From Prorocentrum cordatum (taxonomy: Eukaryota), in assembly GCA_963575745.1 (NCBI GenBank), contig CAUYUJ010000275.1, positions 1 to 64,000 of the forward strand: a stretch of DNA of 64,000 bases, in the 5' to 3' direction. Of the stretch, positions 24,109-35,230 are shown one piece after another. The position numbers were made by a program, and so were the translations under genes. The stretch's first letter is position 1; each line of letters begins with the position of its first letter. The notes under the pieces were generated by a model. It was not told where the DNA came from and searched no databases. It saw only the letters and a list, made by a program, of their open reading frames with translations.

Positions 24109-27100
24109 TCACAATCTCCATCCCCTACCAGGTGTGGGGTGAGAGAGACAACTCAGGGGCTCCCCGCAGGGCAGGGGGGGGCCAGGCAGGGAGCTCCTGC
24201 CCAGGGCTCGTCCGATCCCTCCTGCCCTGCCTGGTCGACGCACGGCGCAGGTGCGGGACGGCGACAGGAAGGGGGAGAGGAAGCCACCCCAAAGGAGAGG
24301 AGGAGAAAAACAGAAAGTGGGAGGGCCCTGCACGACCCGACCCTCCCACCTGGCACCAGGCAGGAGGTAGGGAGGGCGGGTGTAGCTCTTCCCTGCGGCC
24401 GCCCAAAAGCGATCCGTCTCCCTGTCGACAAAGAGCGCCAGCAGGGCCGCCTGCGCATACCCTGCATCCGTCGGGCCTGCAGAGAGGGTCGCTGCAGCCG
24501 CCGCCTCCGCTGAGGAGGGGGCTGGGCCTCCACGGGCCTCCCAGAAGGTGCGACGGGGGAGCTCCGTGCGAGAGCACAGCCCGAGGGCGTGGAACGTGGG
24601 GCTCAGGGTCTGCATGCCACACATTACGCAGGACTGCCTCCGCGCCGTAGAGACATTGCCAGAACAGTGGCTGAAGGCCACAAGCCGCCCTCGTAGTCTG
24701 CTCAGCGAACGCTGACCCAATAGCACATCAAATGGCAGTTCTTGTTTCAGAGCCCGCGCAAGATCCTGCCTGGGGACCGGCCCAAATCTGAGGACCGGGA
24801 GCGGCCTCGTTTGGAGGCTCAGCGTCTGCCTCAGCTCCGCCTCGCAGCGTTCAGCCAAGTGAGCTCGCACGAATGTTTTGTACTGGCGCAGGGACTGACC
24901 GCTGCGCGCGGCCTCCCATGCAGGCCAATCAGGAATGGGCCAGTGCTCGAGTAGAGCGAGCGACCGCTGTGCCCAGGATCGCCCCCCCGCGCCGTGAGCT
25001 CGCAGGAAAATGCGCCTGTATAAATCATCTTCTTGAAGCCTCCAGAGGCCAGCGCGCCTGGTTGCGACCTCGCACACGGCCCTGGCTGGCCCAGAGAGCG
25101 ACCATCCCAATTCCGAGAGAGCCAAGCCTGGACGACGCCAGGGCGGGGCGCCCAGGAGAGCGCGCGCCCAGGCACTGTAGTTTTGTTGCAGTTTGCCCGG
25201 CGCCCCCTCAGCCACCGCCCAGAGCCACCGGCCGAATCGGAGCGCACCTTCGACCTGGGACTCGAAGATGTGGGCTGCGACGGCGAGCGGCGCGACCCCC
25301 GCGGTGACGTGCCCTACCAGAGATGCACACTGCGCAGACGCCGCGCCCAGCTGGGCGTCCATGATCCGTTCGAGGTCGAGGTCTCCTGGCCACATCAGTC
25401 CGAGCCACTGGTGTGCGCTTTTGAAACCCAGCCTGACAGGAGTTCCTCCCTTGAGGGGCAGGGTGAGGGGCACGGCGGCTGCCCCCGCCCTCCTGGCAGA
25501 AGGTGATCCATGGACAACCACTGCGTGTTTGGAGGGCTTTGTGGGAGGAGAGGCCTTGTAGGTGAAGGCCCATTCCGCTAGCGTGTTCTGCGCGATTTGC
25601 GCTCCTCCCCTGGTGGGGGACAGCAGGACAGGATCATCGGCATGCAGGACTGCCGCCAGGCGCAGCGGCGCGGCGGCGTCCAGCGCCGCCAGTGCGGAGG
25701 CTTCATGTGTCAGGTCGCTGGCGAGGTCGGCGGCCGCGGGTAACTGCGAATCCCCCCGTAAAGCGCAAGTCAGCGCACGCGTGGTCTCAGGATCTGGCGC
25801 GCCCGCCCCCTGCCACTGGTGCCCCGCCCAGAGACGCGGCACGTGAACACCGACCCCCACGCCGCAGCCCGCGCGGTGCAACGCCTCTGTTAGGGAATCC
25901 ATGTACACGGGAAAAGTGAGCGGCCCCACCGTCCCCCCTTCCGCAATCCCCTGGAGTATAACCACTGTGGCCACCCCATTGTAGTTCACATGGATGGTGT
26001 CCGAAGCGAGCATACTTCCCAAGAGCGACAGCATACCGTCACGCACGCCGGCCGTTTCGTGCAGTCTCAGAAGAAGCGCCTCCCTCCAGGTCCGCGGGAA
26101 GGCCTTCTGGAGGTCTCCGAAAACTGCCCACAACGGCCGCCCAGAGTGCGCAGCCTCTGATGCAAGCTCGTGTAAAACGAGGTGGGCGTCGCCGACATCG
26201 CGGCAATACCCGCTTTGACCTGGAAAGATGGACGCACGTCGCTGAAAGACCAGCCTTCCTTGGACGAGCATTTCCTGCAGCAAGCCCATCTGCGACTTCA
26301 CCATGATGAGCCGGAACGACTCTCCGACGTCCAGCGGCCCATCCTTGTGCAAGGGGACTGCGCAGCTGCCCCGCCAGGCAGCTGGCCGCACAGCTAGGCA
26401 CCCTGGACCCGTCAGGCGCATGGCCAGCCAGACAGCGGTCAGGAGATGCTGGTCGCCTAACTGGAAGGCCCTGCGCGGCACAAGGTCAGGCGTCGTGGCG
26501 GATGTGCTGCCCATAGAGGCTAGGGCGGCCTCGATTTCGACCTGCTCAACCGGCGAATCGTGAGGCCCACTGGCACGGTTGGCCCGCGCCCGCCCCAACA
26601 CCACCCGCAGCGACCCCGATACGTGGGCGTGGAAGGTTGTATCCCAGGGGCCAGGCCACCGCGACTGTTCCTCCAACTGCTGGCACCACGCCTCTCGCGA
26701 GGCCGCCATGGTCAAGAGCTCGCCTGTTTTCCCTCGCAGAAGAGGAGCAGGCCGGGGTTCCCGCGGGCGGAGGAGCCGCATGCACTTTACAGCACGCTCC
26801 TGTGCGGTCCCTGGCCCCTCAATGGCTGACCGTACCCTGCCTCGCAGTTCAGGAGCCTCTGTGCGGCTCGGGGAAGGAGGGGAATTTTTCGGGACCACCC
26901 AACCTGCCAGTACCAGCCCCAAAACGAGGTGCAGCAGCCACGCAGCGGCATCCCCTAACCACTGAGCCGCGCGCGCGCCCAGCGTTCTCGAGCTGGCGGC
27001 TGCCTCCCCGTCGCCACAACAATGCCGCAGGATGTCCGCATACGCTTGCAGGACTTGGCGGGCCTCTGTGAGCCCGTCGGCCCAGGAGTCCGCGTTGTTC

Positions 27101-27603
27101 CACCAGCGCGGCATGCGGATGGCTCCCTGCCCGAGGGACGCAAGCGGGAGCCGAAATGGGATGGTAAAGTCGATCAAGAAATGGTCCCCGCACGTGTACT
27201 CAATGCAATATTCCCAACTGCAGCCGCCGACACCCCTGCAAGACAGACCATTGTGCACCCGTGCGACGCCGTGGGCAGCTCGAGAAACAACGACGACGTC
27301 AATGCAGCGTGCCGCGCCCCCCCCCCCATGGTGGGTGTCGCCAGGGCGGAGGGCGAGGCTGCGGCCCCGGAGGGGGAGGCTCACGTGGGCTGCCGGGCCC
27401 TGCCCCGACGAGGGGTTTAGGAGGGACAGCCCCCACGTCGTGACCAGACGTGACCAGCGGCGCGCACGAGCCCTCGAGGGCTCTCGCGCTCCGAATAACT
27501 CGTCTGGTTGCATGTTGATGTCCCCCATGACGATCACGCGGGCGCCGACTCCCAGCGGGGCCAGGCCTTGGAGCTTCTCCACGTCCGCGTGCAGCCCTTC
27601 CAT
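24109..27603 (-). CDS. Non-LTR retrotransposon ORF2: APE endonuclease C-half, reverse transcriptase, C-terminal Cys/His knuckle (1164 aa open)
   Basis: GDIN, CIDVV, GDH (APE); PLHKDG..FRLI, QSGY, GDLQKAF, QGIAEGGTVGPLTF, LHADD (25633-25644), WLG (RT); CVMC..HALGLC. Confidence 0.92.
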   Translation of the reverse strand: MEGLHADVEKLQGLAPLGVGARVIVMGDINMQPDELFGAREPSRARARRWSRLVTTWGLSLLNPSSGQGPAAHVSLPLRGRSLALRPGDTHHGGGGAARCIDVVVVSRAAHGVARVHNGLSCRGVGGCSWEYCIEYTCGDHFLIDFTIPFRLPLASLGQGAIRMPRWWNNADSWADGLTEARQVLQAYADILRHCCGDGEAAASSRTLGARAAQWLGDAAAWLLHLVLGLVLAGWVVPKNSPPSPSRTEAPELRGRVRSAIEGPGTAQERAVKCMRLLRPREPRPAPLLRGKTGELLTMAASREAWCQQLEEQSRWPGPWDTTFHAHVSGSLRVVLGRARANRASGPHDSPVEQVEIEAALASMGSTSATTPDLVPRRAFQLGDQHLLTAVWLAMRLTGPGCLAVRPAAWRGSCAVPLHKDGPLDVGESFRLIMVKSQMGLLQEMLVQGRLVFQRRASIFPGQSGYCRDVGDAHLVLHELASEAAHSGRPLWAVFGDLQKAFPRTWREALLLRLHETAGVRDGMLSLLGSMLASDTIHVNYNGVATVVILQGIAEGGTVGPLTFPVYMDSLTEALHRAGCGVGVGVHVPRLWAGHQWQGAGAPDPETTRALTCALRGDSQLPAAADLASDLTHEASALAALDAAAPLRLAAVLHADDPVLLSPTRGGAQIAQNTLAEWAFTYKASPPTKPSKHAVVVHGSPSARRAGAAAVPLTLPLKGGTPVRLGFKSAHQWLGLMWPGDLDLERIMDAQLGAASAQCASLVGHVTAGVAPLAVAAHIFESQVEGALRFGRWLWAVAEGAPGKLQQNYSAWARALLGAPPWRRPGLALSELGWSLSGPARAVCEVATRRAGLWRLQEDDLYRRIFLRAHGAGGRSWAQRSLALLEHWPIPDWPAWEAARSGQSLRQYKTFVRAHLAERCEAELRQTLSLQTRPLPVLRFGPVPRQDLARALKQELPFDVLLGQRSLSRLRGRLVAFSHCSGNVSTARRQSCVMCGMQTLSPTFHALGLCSRTELPRRTFWEARGGPAPSSAEAAAAATLSAGPTDAGYAQAALLALFVDRETDRFWAAAGKSYTRPPYLLPGARWEGRVVQGPPTFCFSPPLLWGGFLSPFLSPSRTCAVRRPGRAGGIGRALGRSSLPGPPLPCGEPLSCLSHPTPGRGWRL

Positions 27604-28005
27604 CTCGAGGAATCAGTCCTTGTCAGGCCCCGCTTTTGGGACTGGGGGAAGATAAATTGTACATATGAACCACTCCTGGCCCTGCGCATCCTCTGCTCGC
27701 AGCCAGAGGCGGCGACAGGAGCCCACCGCCGCGATCGTGCTCGCGGACGGGAGTCGAACTCTGTCCCAAATCACTGCAACACTGGCGTACGAGGGACCTC
27801 CTCTCGCCGCGATGCCGATGTCCGCGTGCCCTGGAATAGTGACTCCCTCGGCCAGGCGGGCCCCAGGCAACCCCAACACAACAAGGTCGAGCTTGCGGAG
27901 CGTGGCCAAGATGCCCACCGTGCTGTCAGTAAACACTTTCCACCGCACCCTGGCACCATCAATGGACAAGCACCCCAGAGTGCTCGGAGAGCCTTCAATG
28001 GACTG
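27604..28005 (-). pseudogene. N-terminal APE half of the same ORF2, in frame but separated by one TGA
   Basis: LGCLSIDGA..VLGLPGAR..TIYLPP..GPDKD*FLEMEG; TGA at 27613-27615 is in frame with the ATG at 27603. Confidence 0.85.
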
Positions 28006-28024
28006 GCACCATCAATGGACTGGC

Positions 28025-28290
28025 TCCTCCTCCTCCTCCTCCTCGTACTCGTCCTCGTGCTCGTCGCTGTCGTTGCACATGCGCCGCGCGCGCGCCGGAG
28101 AGCAAGCGCGCACCCCGCCGGCGGCGCTCGGGGAGGCGGCGACGACGAGGACGACGGCGACGGCGACGGCGGCGACGACGACGACGGCGGAGGAGGAGGA
28201 TGACGAGGAGGAGGAGGAGGAGGAGGAGGACGAGGAGGAGGAGGAGGGAGAGGGAGAGGAAGAGGGAGAGGGAAGGAGGAGGAGGAGGAG
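28025..28290. repeat. Foldback module (CCT)n(GTC)n-core-(GAC)n(GAG)n, copy 1
   Basis: Core GTTGCACATGCGCC...GGAGAGCAAGCGCGCACCCCGCCGGCGGCGCTCGGGGAGG is near identical at ~34947-35015. Confidence 0.8.
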
Positions 28291-28449
28291 GACTATGGGA
28301 CTATCCTTGACTACGCTGGAAGATCGAACCAAAGCTCTATCAGCACAGTGGGGGCCCACCTCTGGGCGGCCTGAGGCTACGGGGCACGAGAAGAGGAAGG
28401 AGAGATGGGATCGATGAGAGCAAGTAGACGAAAGGAGCGGAAGGAGGGG

Positions 28450-31200
28450 CCAAGAAGTGTGCCGGCCTCAGGTGAGAGACAACAATCTTGCACAAACCCA
28501 CTGGCGTCCGGATAACTCATTGGGTTTTGACGCTTACGTGTCGTTCGGCCGGTTCTGACCCACGACGCTTCAGCGCGACAAGCTAACCACTTCACCATTT
28601 TCAAGGGCCAACGGCCGGAACGATGCGCTATCAGCTTGCAAGGCATAACGTGTCGCAGGGGCCACCGCCGGGACACGCTGAGCAAAAAATCCTTACGTGT
28701 CCGCTGATGAAGAACTCGGAAGCGAAGCGGCTGGACCACCCTAGCCACACCTCTGGTGATACAACGGGGATCGTATGTGCAATGAAGGGGGGCCAAGGAG
28801 TGGATGGACCAAGAGAAGGAGAAGGAGGAGATAGCGGGGAAGGGGAGATCCCTACGCCCCCCCTCCCTTATAGATCATTCGTTCCTCAGATCCTGAATTT
28901 CCAACATCGACGCGGACGGATGGTTGGGTCCTTCTCATATCCTGCTTTTGTCTGACGCCCGAGAATTCTACAACGCAGAACACCACAATTCAGCATTTCA
29001 CAATTGGTGGAACACTTGCACGGATGCAGGGCCGTTTTTGTTTGCAAAGCGAGGCATTCGCTGGGCAAGCGCCAGCGGCTGCGCTGGAGACCGCTCGCGC
29101 ACCGGGAGTCGAGGGATCAGGAGCGCCACCGCCGTCGCAGTCGGCCCGCAGAAGCACCCGCACACAGGGGCCAGCAGCACAAAGACCAGGAAGAGAAGGA
29201 TTGCCAGGCATCCTTCGGCCGCATATGTTCCTGGCAGGCTCGTAGTCCAGCCCAGGAAGTGGAAGGATGCCTCAAGCGCCTCTCTCTGGCAGGCACCGGC
29301 CGAGGTGAGGACGGGTAGCCAAGACATGCAAAGTTGCCCCTCAGCCACGCAGCTACGGATGGAAGCAGGAGGTCGCATGATTCGATTCAAACTCCAGAAG
29401 AATAACGTGCTGGCACTGGCTATGTGTCTTACATGGTCCAGCTGCATGACATTCAAGCTCGGTGCTGGCATAGCTGGACAGGGCGCGGTGCAGCTTTGAA
29501 GGTGGTGAATGCGACGTTGAAGACGGCTTGGAAGCAAGACGTCAGGGATGGATCCTCCCTCGAGTGCAGGCAGTGGTCCTCCTACCTCTCGGCCCTTATG
29601 TGCCCGCGCGTGATCGGCTACGCCGCGAAGGAGAAGGGCCTCGATAGTTCGGCAGCTTGTAGGAGGCAGGCGCTCGCCTGCCAGCGCATTTCAATCACTT
29701 GGCCTTGATGGCCCGCTGTCAGCATGGGCTGGCACATCCCCTGCCTCGCTTGTCTCCTCTGTGCAGGGGGTGGGCGGGGGACTTTTGGGCTCTTGGACGG
29801 GGGCGGGAGATCGCGTCAATTCTGTGCCAGCTCGGAATCGCGAAGCGAGATATACTACGTGGAAAGTATGGGCCAAAGCAACGGCATTCGAACAGCGCGG
29901 TCGCGCGGCGCATCAATGCGTCCGCGAGTCCACTCCCTCCGCCCAGGTTCTCGCCCCCAGGGGGCGATGATAAGACGCCGATGCCAGCGATGGGCCAGCA
30001 ATCGGTCGATCTTGTCTTATAGCATAGGGAGCCACCGTGAAACTATCCGCGGCGCGATGGGGAAACGCATCCAAGCAGCTGAGGCCCAAATGCGGCCCGC
30101 GAGGTTTTGTTTGGCATGGATTGCGCCGTTGGCCTTCAGGGGCCGGGTGTTTCGGGCCCCCTGGCCCCCTGGGGCGCGCCCCCTGGAATCGCCATCGAAT
30201 CCCTTGACAGAGTCTTGCGATCTTATCCTGCTGCAGCAATGCCCTGCCGGGGCCGCCTTCGCCCGCGCCTGCTGCTCTGCTGCCAGTCTCTGATATGCAA
30301 AAGCTCATCGACACTCTTCTGATGTGGAGGGCCGGCCCAGAAGCTTCGGACCCTCGCGCTCATGTTTTCCCCTTGCAAGCCTGCGCCAGCGGGCGGGGTC
30401 GGGCCCAGCGCGTCGGCCCCGACCCCAGGCAGGGTTTGGCCGCGGTTTGAGCAGCTTCTGGCAACGAAAACTGGGCGCTTTCTTTGGGCCACTCGGCATT
30501 CTGGGGATCCTCGGGCCTCGCCTGCGATCGCGCGGGCCACGTTCGCATCGCTCTGCAGAAATATGCGCGCATCAGTGGCTGCTTTGCAATATCCTGAACG
30601 CATCTCACGCGATGAGTAAGTGCAGATCGCAAATTTCCCGATCGCGTTCATCAAGCGTTTGTGCTCCAACTACCGCCCGCCTCGCAAGGCTGTCTGGGAG
30701 TCGACCATCTCGGAACCCAGGATAGCTGTTGGCGTCGCCGCCGCAGGGTGGAGCAACGCCCTGGCTCTCGCCAAATTGCTCGTGCACGCGTTGGTAAATA
30801 AGTTGCAGCTGAAGCATCCGCAGGCCAGGTTTCTGAATCGAGTGCATGTTTCCCTATTGCAGATGGTCGGAGGTAGGATCCACTTGAGCAGTTCCCACCA
30901 GCCATGATGGGCCTTGTTTCAAAGCTTGAATGCGCGCTTCTCAAAGTCAACTGGGATAAGAAAGGGCATGTGACCAGCGCGCCCGGCCTCGACCAGGACT
31001 TCGGTAGTAACTGGGATATTTGTTCCAGACAGCGCATGTTGGCAGGCAGGTGTCTAGAAGCTGACGCGCACAGTGGAGACTCTAGGTCTGTGCTAGAACA
31101 GGGCAAGCGACTAGCCGAGGCCGAGAAAGCCTCGCAGCGCGTCACACAATCGAGAGGAGCTGGAGCCAGTGTCAGCACGGCACTGAACGGGTCTCCTAGG
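28450..31200 (-). pseudogene. Heavily decayed APE-RT LINE
   Basis: GGDANSY and THR (APE-like, 30600-30740), SYHRPLGART, AGY, GFVQDCCLSP (RT motif B-like, ~28470-28500); many frameshifts. Confidence 0.45.
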
Positions 31201-31509
31201 GCGACGGCGGTCTGGGTTTCGGCTGCCACTGGCATCTCAGAGCAGAATCTTCGCTCGCTCCGCCTCGCCACCCTCCGCGCGGAGGGTAGAGTGCCCCTGG
31301 GGACCCCGGTGGCTCTTAGGCTTAGGGCCACGCTTGGGGGTGCTCCTAGGGATCCGCTTGTGGCTCGCACGGCAGAAGTGGCAACGTACTGGGCTCTTCG
31401 TGTTGTCTCTCAATGGCCCGGGCTTGGGCCTCCCGCTGTGCCCGCCCCCCCCCCCCCCGGGCACGGCACGCGGCGGTCGCCCGCGGCTCGGCGGCGGGCG
31501 AGGGGGGGA

Positions 31510-31665
31510 AATTAGGAGGAGGAGGAATTGAGGAGGAGGAGGATGAGGATGAGGATGAGGATGAGGATGAGGAGGAGGAGGAGGAGGAGGAGGAGGAGGA
31601 GGAGGAGGAGGAGGAGGAGGAGGAGGATTAGGAGGAGGAGGAGCGAGAGGAGGAGGAGGAGCGAG
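31510..31665. repeat. (GGA)n/(GAGGAT)n microsatellite starting with AATTAGGAGG
   Basis: Directly visible. Confidence 0.95.
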
Positions 31666-31799
31666 GCTGTCTTGGCGGCCGCCCGCGGCGTCTTCTCCGG
31701 GCCTCGGCCCCGGTTCCAAGCTGCGGGCCCTGCTCGGGCAGCGCTGGTTTCCCTGGCCCGCGCTGGGGCCACCACGTCCAGTGCCGCTGCCTACAGGTC

Positions 31800-31970
31800 G
31801 GGGGCTGCTAGAGGTGCCCCTGGCTCAGGGTGCCCCCAGCTTCTCGCTCAATTTTGGAGCTCCTGGGGCCCTCTGGACCTCGTGAGGGGTGCTCTGGAGG
31901 CCGTAGTGGCCTCCTTGAAAATCCTGGGGGCACCTTGGGCCAGGGGCACCTCTAGCAACACCCGATACAG
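31800..31970 (+). repeat. Dispersed repeat family Y, copy 3
   Basis: Match to 22740-22915. Confidence 0.8.
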
Positions 31971-33150
31971 GGGCCCGTTCCATGGGGAATTTCACCAGGC
32001 TCGGTTTTCTCATGGGTTTGTCACGGACCCAGCCTGGCATTTAGCGTTTGCAACCTTCGAGTTTGTGGCCCTTCGTAGGATGGAGGGCGCTTGGATCCCG
32101 CCTCTTAATTGGGTTCCTGTTGCTGCTGTGTTTACCGGGGAGCGCAGAGGGTTGGACGGCGCGCATGGCAGCAGCCATTCGCTCGCTTGTGGGAGGCAGT
32201 CACTGGCCTCCGGTCCGCCTTCGCTATCGCGGTGAAGCATTGCGAGATTGCTGTGCTCACTGCGGAGACCGCGGGACGCTACTCCATCGCCTCTATCTGC
32301 ACCCCAGACTGTTTGGAGTCTCGTAGAGAGTGTTGTCTGCCCCATGCTGCGCCAGCAGCTAGTTTCATCAGATGGTTGAGTGGGTATTTCGGTGAGCTGA
32401 TTTCGCGTTGTCCCTGGTCCAATCCAGAGTTTGCAGTTCTCCGTCTCGAGGCACCCGAGGACAACTGGCTGAGGTTTGTTAGCCTCTTTCCTTGTTGGAG
32501 ATTTGCGGGCAATGTCTTCGTTGGCGGGAGCGCTTTCAACACGGCCCATGCTCAGCTAAGGGGATCTGGATGTGCTGACTGCGCGGGCCAGCTTAAGGCG
32601 GCCATGTACGGTGTTGTGCTACTTTGGTCTGCTCCTTCCCAAGTCGCCAGAGGCGGGGAGAACCATGCTTCCCACGTTCTGAGTTACCACTCGTAATGGA
32701 GCGGGGAAGACGCGCTCGAAGTGTTCTGCGATCGCGCTGGTACATTGACTGCGCGCAGGACTCAGGAACCGCTCTGACTTTCTCTAGCCCCAGGCGTGAC
32801 GTCTGGACCAACTGGTGGGAAGGCATCGGGCCCGAAGGCCCGAGTCTGCGAGGCCAAGGCGCAGCAGGCAGAGAGAGGTGATCGGTCGGATCAGGAGCTC
32901 TGGCGAATTACGGCAAATAAAATAGCCGACAAGTTGGAGCAAAGCTTTGGAGCTAAGCTTTGCTTCATAATGCCAGCAAACTGCTCGAGACTGTGACCTG
33001 TGGCGCGGCCGTGCCCGAGCAGCCGTCGGGGCGCTCGAGCAGCCAAACTCGCACGGGATAGCAGGCACAACAGACATCGAACTCGAGGATGAGATTCCGC
33101 TTGCGCTGCATGATTTGTGCCAGGAGGAGGGGGCGCGTCCTTTTGATGGG
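31970..33150 (+). pseudogene. Decayed LINE 3' fragment with RNase H domain
   Basis: NVFVGGSAF (D to G), KAAMYG..APSQVARGGENHA, LEVFCD, ANKIADKL reproduce the D-E-D-D order of RNase H. Confidence 0.6.
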
Positions 33151-33869
33151 AGCTCCAAGGCTGTGGGGGCTGTGGTGCCTCCGCGTTTCCGCTCCGTCCT
33201 CATCCTCCTCCTCCTCCTGCTCCTCCTCCTCCTCCTTCTCCTCCCCCAAAACCACAACCATGTCTCAAAGCCTAGGCCTATGAGGCCCATTGGGGGTTCA
33301 GAAGGCATTCTGCTGTTCAGGCCGAAGTCCCCGCTGAGTGTGAAGATAGGTTTCAGGATCTGCTTTTCTGCAAGTGTTGCGAGGCCTCGGCGCAACAGCA
33401 TGCGCGAGGGGGCCTCTTGGGCACCTGCAAGGGATCCCCTAACGCTTGATTTAAGACCCAGAGATCTAGGCTCAGGTGTAGTCTGTTCCCAGGACACAAC
33501 CTGGGCAATGCCATCGTGGGGCCACCGCTGGGCCAACGCAGGAGATCAAAGCTGTTTGGGGTCTCTTGCGGCTTCTTGCTGGGCTGCGTGCCCTCGGGGG
33601 GGGGACCTGGTGGGGCGTCGGGCCCTAACGCTGGTGCTGTGGAGGTTCCCCCTGCGATGGCAGCTGCCCAGCCGTCTAAATCCGACAGCGAAATTCGATC
33701 GCTCACTGTCCTACTAATTGCCAGGTTGCACGATTTTGAACTCCCTGAGGCGCTTGTTGCTTGGGAGTGTTGAGTGGGACGAGGAGGTAGAGTGGTCTGC
33801 CGTTTCCTGCTAGGTGCAAAAAGGTGTAGAACCAACCCGTATCAGCGGTACCCCGTCTTCCGTGCTCTC

Positions 33870-34162
33870 TCCTCCCCTCCTTCGACGTACCCTTCCCCGT
33901 CCTCCTCCCCCTCTTCCTCCTCCTCCCCCTCCCCCTTGTCCTCCTCCTCCTCCTCTTCCTCCTCCTCCTCCTCCTCCTCCTCCTCCTTTTCCTCCCCCTC
34001 CTCCCTCCTCCTCCCTCCTCCTCCTCCTCCTCCTCCTCCTCCTCCTCCTCCTCTCCTCTTCCGCCTCCTCCTCCTCTCCTCCTTCCTCCTCCTCCTCCTC
34101 CTCCTCCACTCCTCCTCCTCCTCCTCCTCCTCCTCCTCCTCCTCCTCCTCCTCCTCCTCCTC
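33870..34162. repeat. (CCT)n microsatellite
   Basis: Directly visible. Confidence 0.95.
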
Positions 34163-34741
34163 CGTCAGGGGCGCGTAGGGCTGGACCTGTGGTCCGCCTG
34201 CCGCCAGCCGCCCGCGCACGGGCGCGCGGGCCCCCCCAAGGCGCGCTTCGAGCCACAACGGTGGCGCCGGGGCGCGGACGCCGCCGGCCGCGTGCCGCCT
34301 TCGCCGCTGCCGCCGCGTGCGCTTCCCCCGATGGTGAGGCTTCAGGCTGCGGGAAGGCAGCCCCCCCGAGGCAGTCCCAGCTCGCCTCCGACGTTGCGAA
34401 CAAAATGCAACATCGCGAACAATCGCGACCAGAGCCCCAGACCCCATCTTGCTTCCTCATTTTCCCACCAGATCGACCTGTGAGGGTCCACGGGTGCGAG
34501 ACGGGGCGAAAACGCCCGTTGCGGAAGAAGTTGCAACGCCAGGATCTCAGGGACAGTCGCCCCGACTAGTCCAGGGCGGTCTCGACACCCTCGCGCCGCC
34601 TCCTTCGTGGCCCCTGGGGCGCCTGATGCCGCCCCAGCTGGGTATTCTATCCCAAAGACGGGCTTTTCGCCCCGAGTCATCTTTTTTGTGAGCCGCAAGC
34701 TGCCAACACAACTACACAGTCGTTCGGAAACCTCCTAATTA

Positions 34742-35230
34742 CTCCCCCTCCCCCTCTCCTCCTTCTCCGTCGTCGTCGCCGTCGCAGCCGTCGTCGTCGT
34801 TGTCGCCGCCGACGTCCTCGTCCTCGCCGTCCTCGTCGTCGGCGCTGTCGTCGTCGTCCTCCTCCTCCTCGTCGCCGTCCTCGTCGTCGCTCCCCCTCCT
34901 CCTCCTCCTCCTCCTCCTCGTCGTCGTCCTCGTCCTCGTCGCCGTCGTTGCACATGCGCCGCGCGCGCGCGCCGGAGAGCAAGCGCGCACCCCGCCGGCG
35001 GCGCTCGGGGAGGCGGCGACGACGAGGACGACGGCGACGGCGGCGACGACGACGACGGCGGAGGAGGAGGATGACGAGGATGACGAGGATGACGAGGAGG
35101 AGGAGGAGGAGGAGGAGGAGGAGGAGGAGGAGGAGGAGGAGGAGGAGGAGGAGGATGACGAGGAGGAGGAGGAGGAGGAGGAGGAGGAGGGGGAGGAGGA
35201 GGAGGAGGAGGAGGAGGAGGGGGGGGAGGA
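34742..35230. repeat. Foldback module (CCT)n(GTC)n-core-(GAC)n(GAG)n, copy 2
   Basis: Same core and arm order as 28025-28290. Confidence 0.8.
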
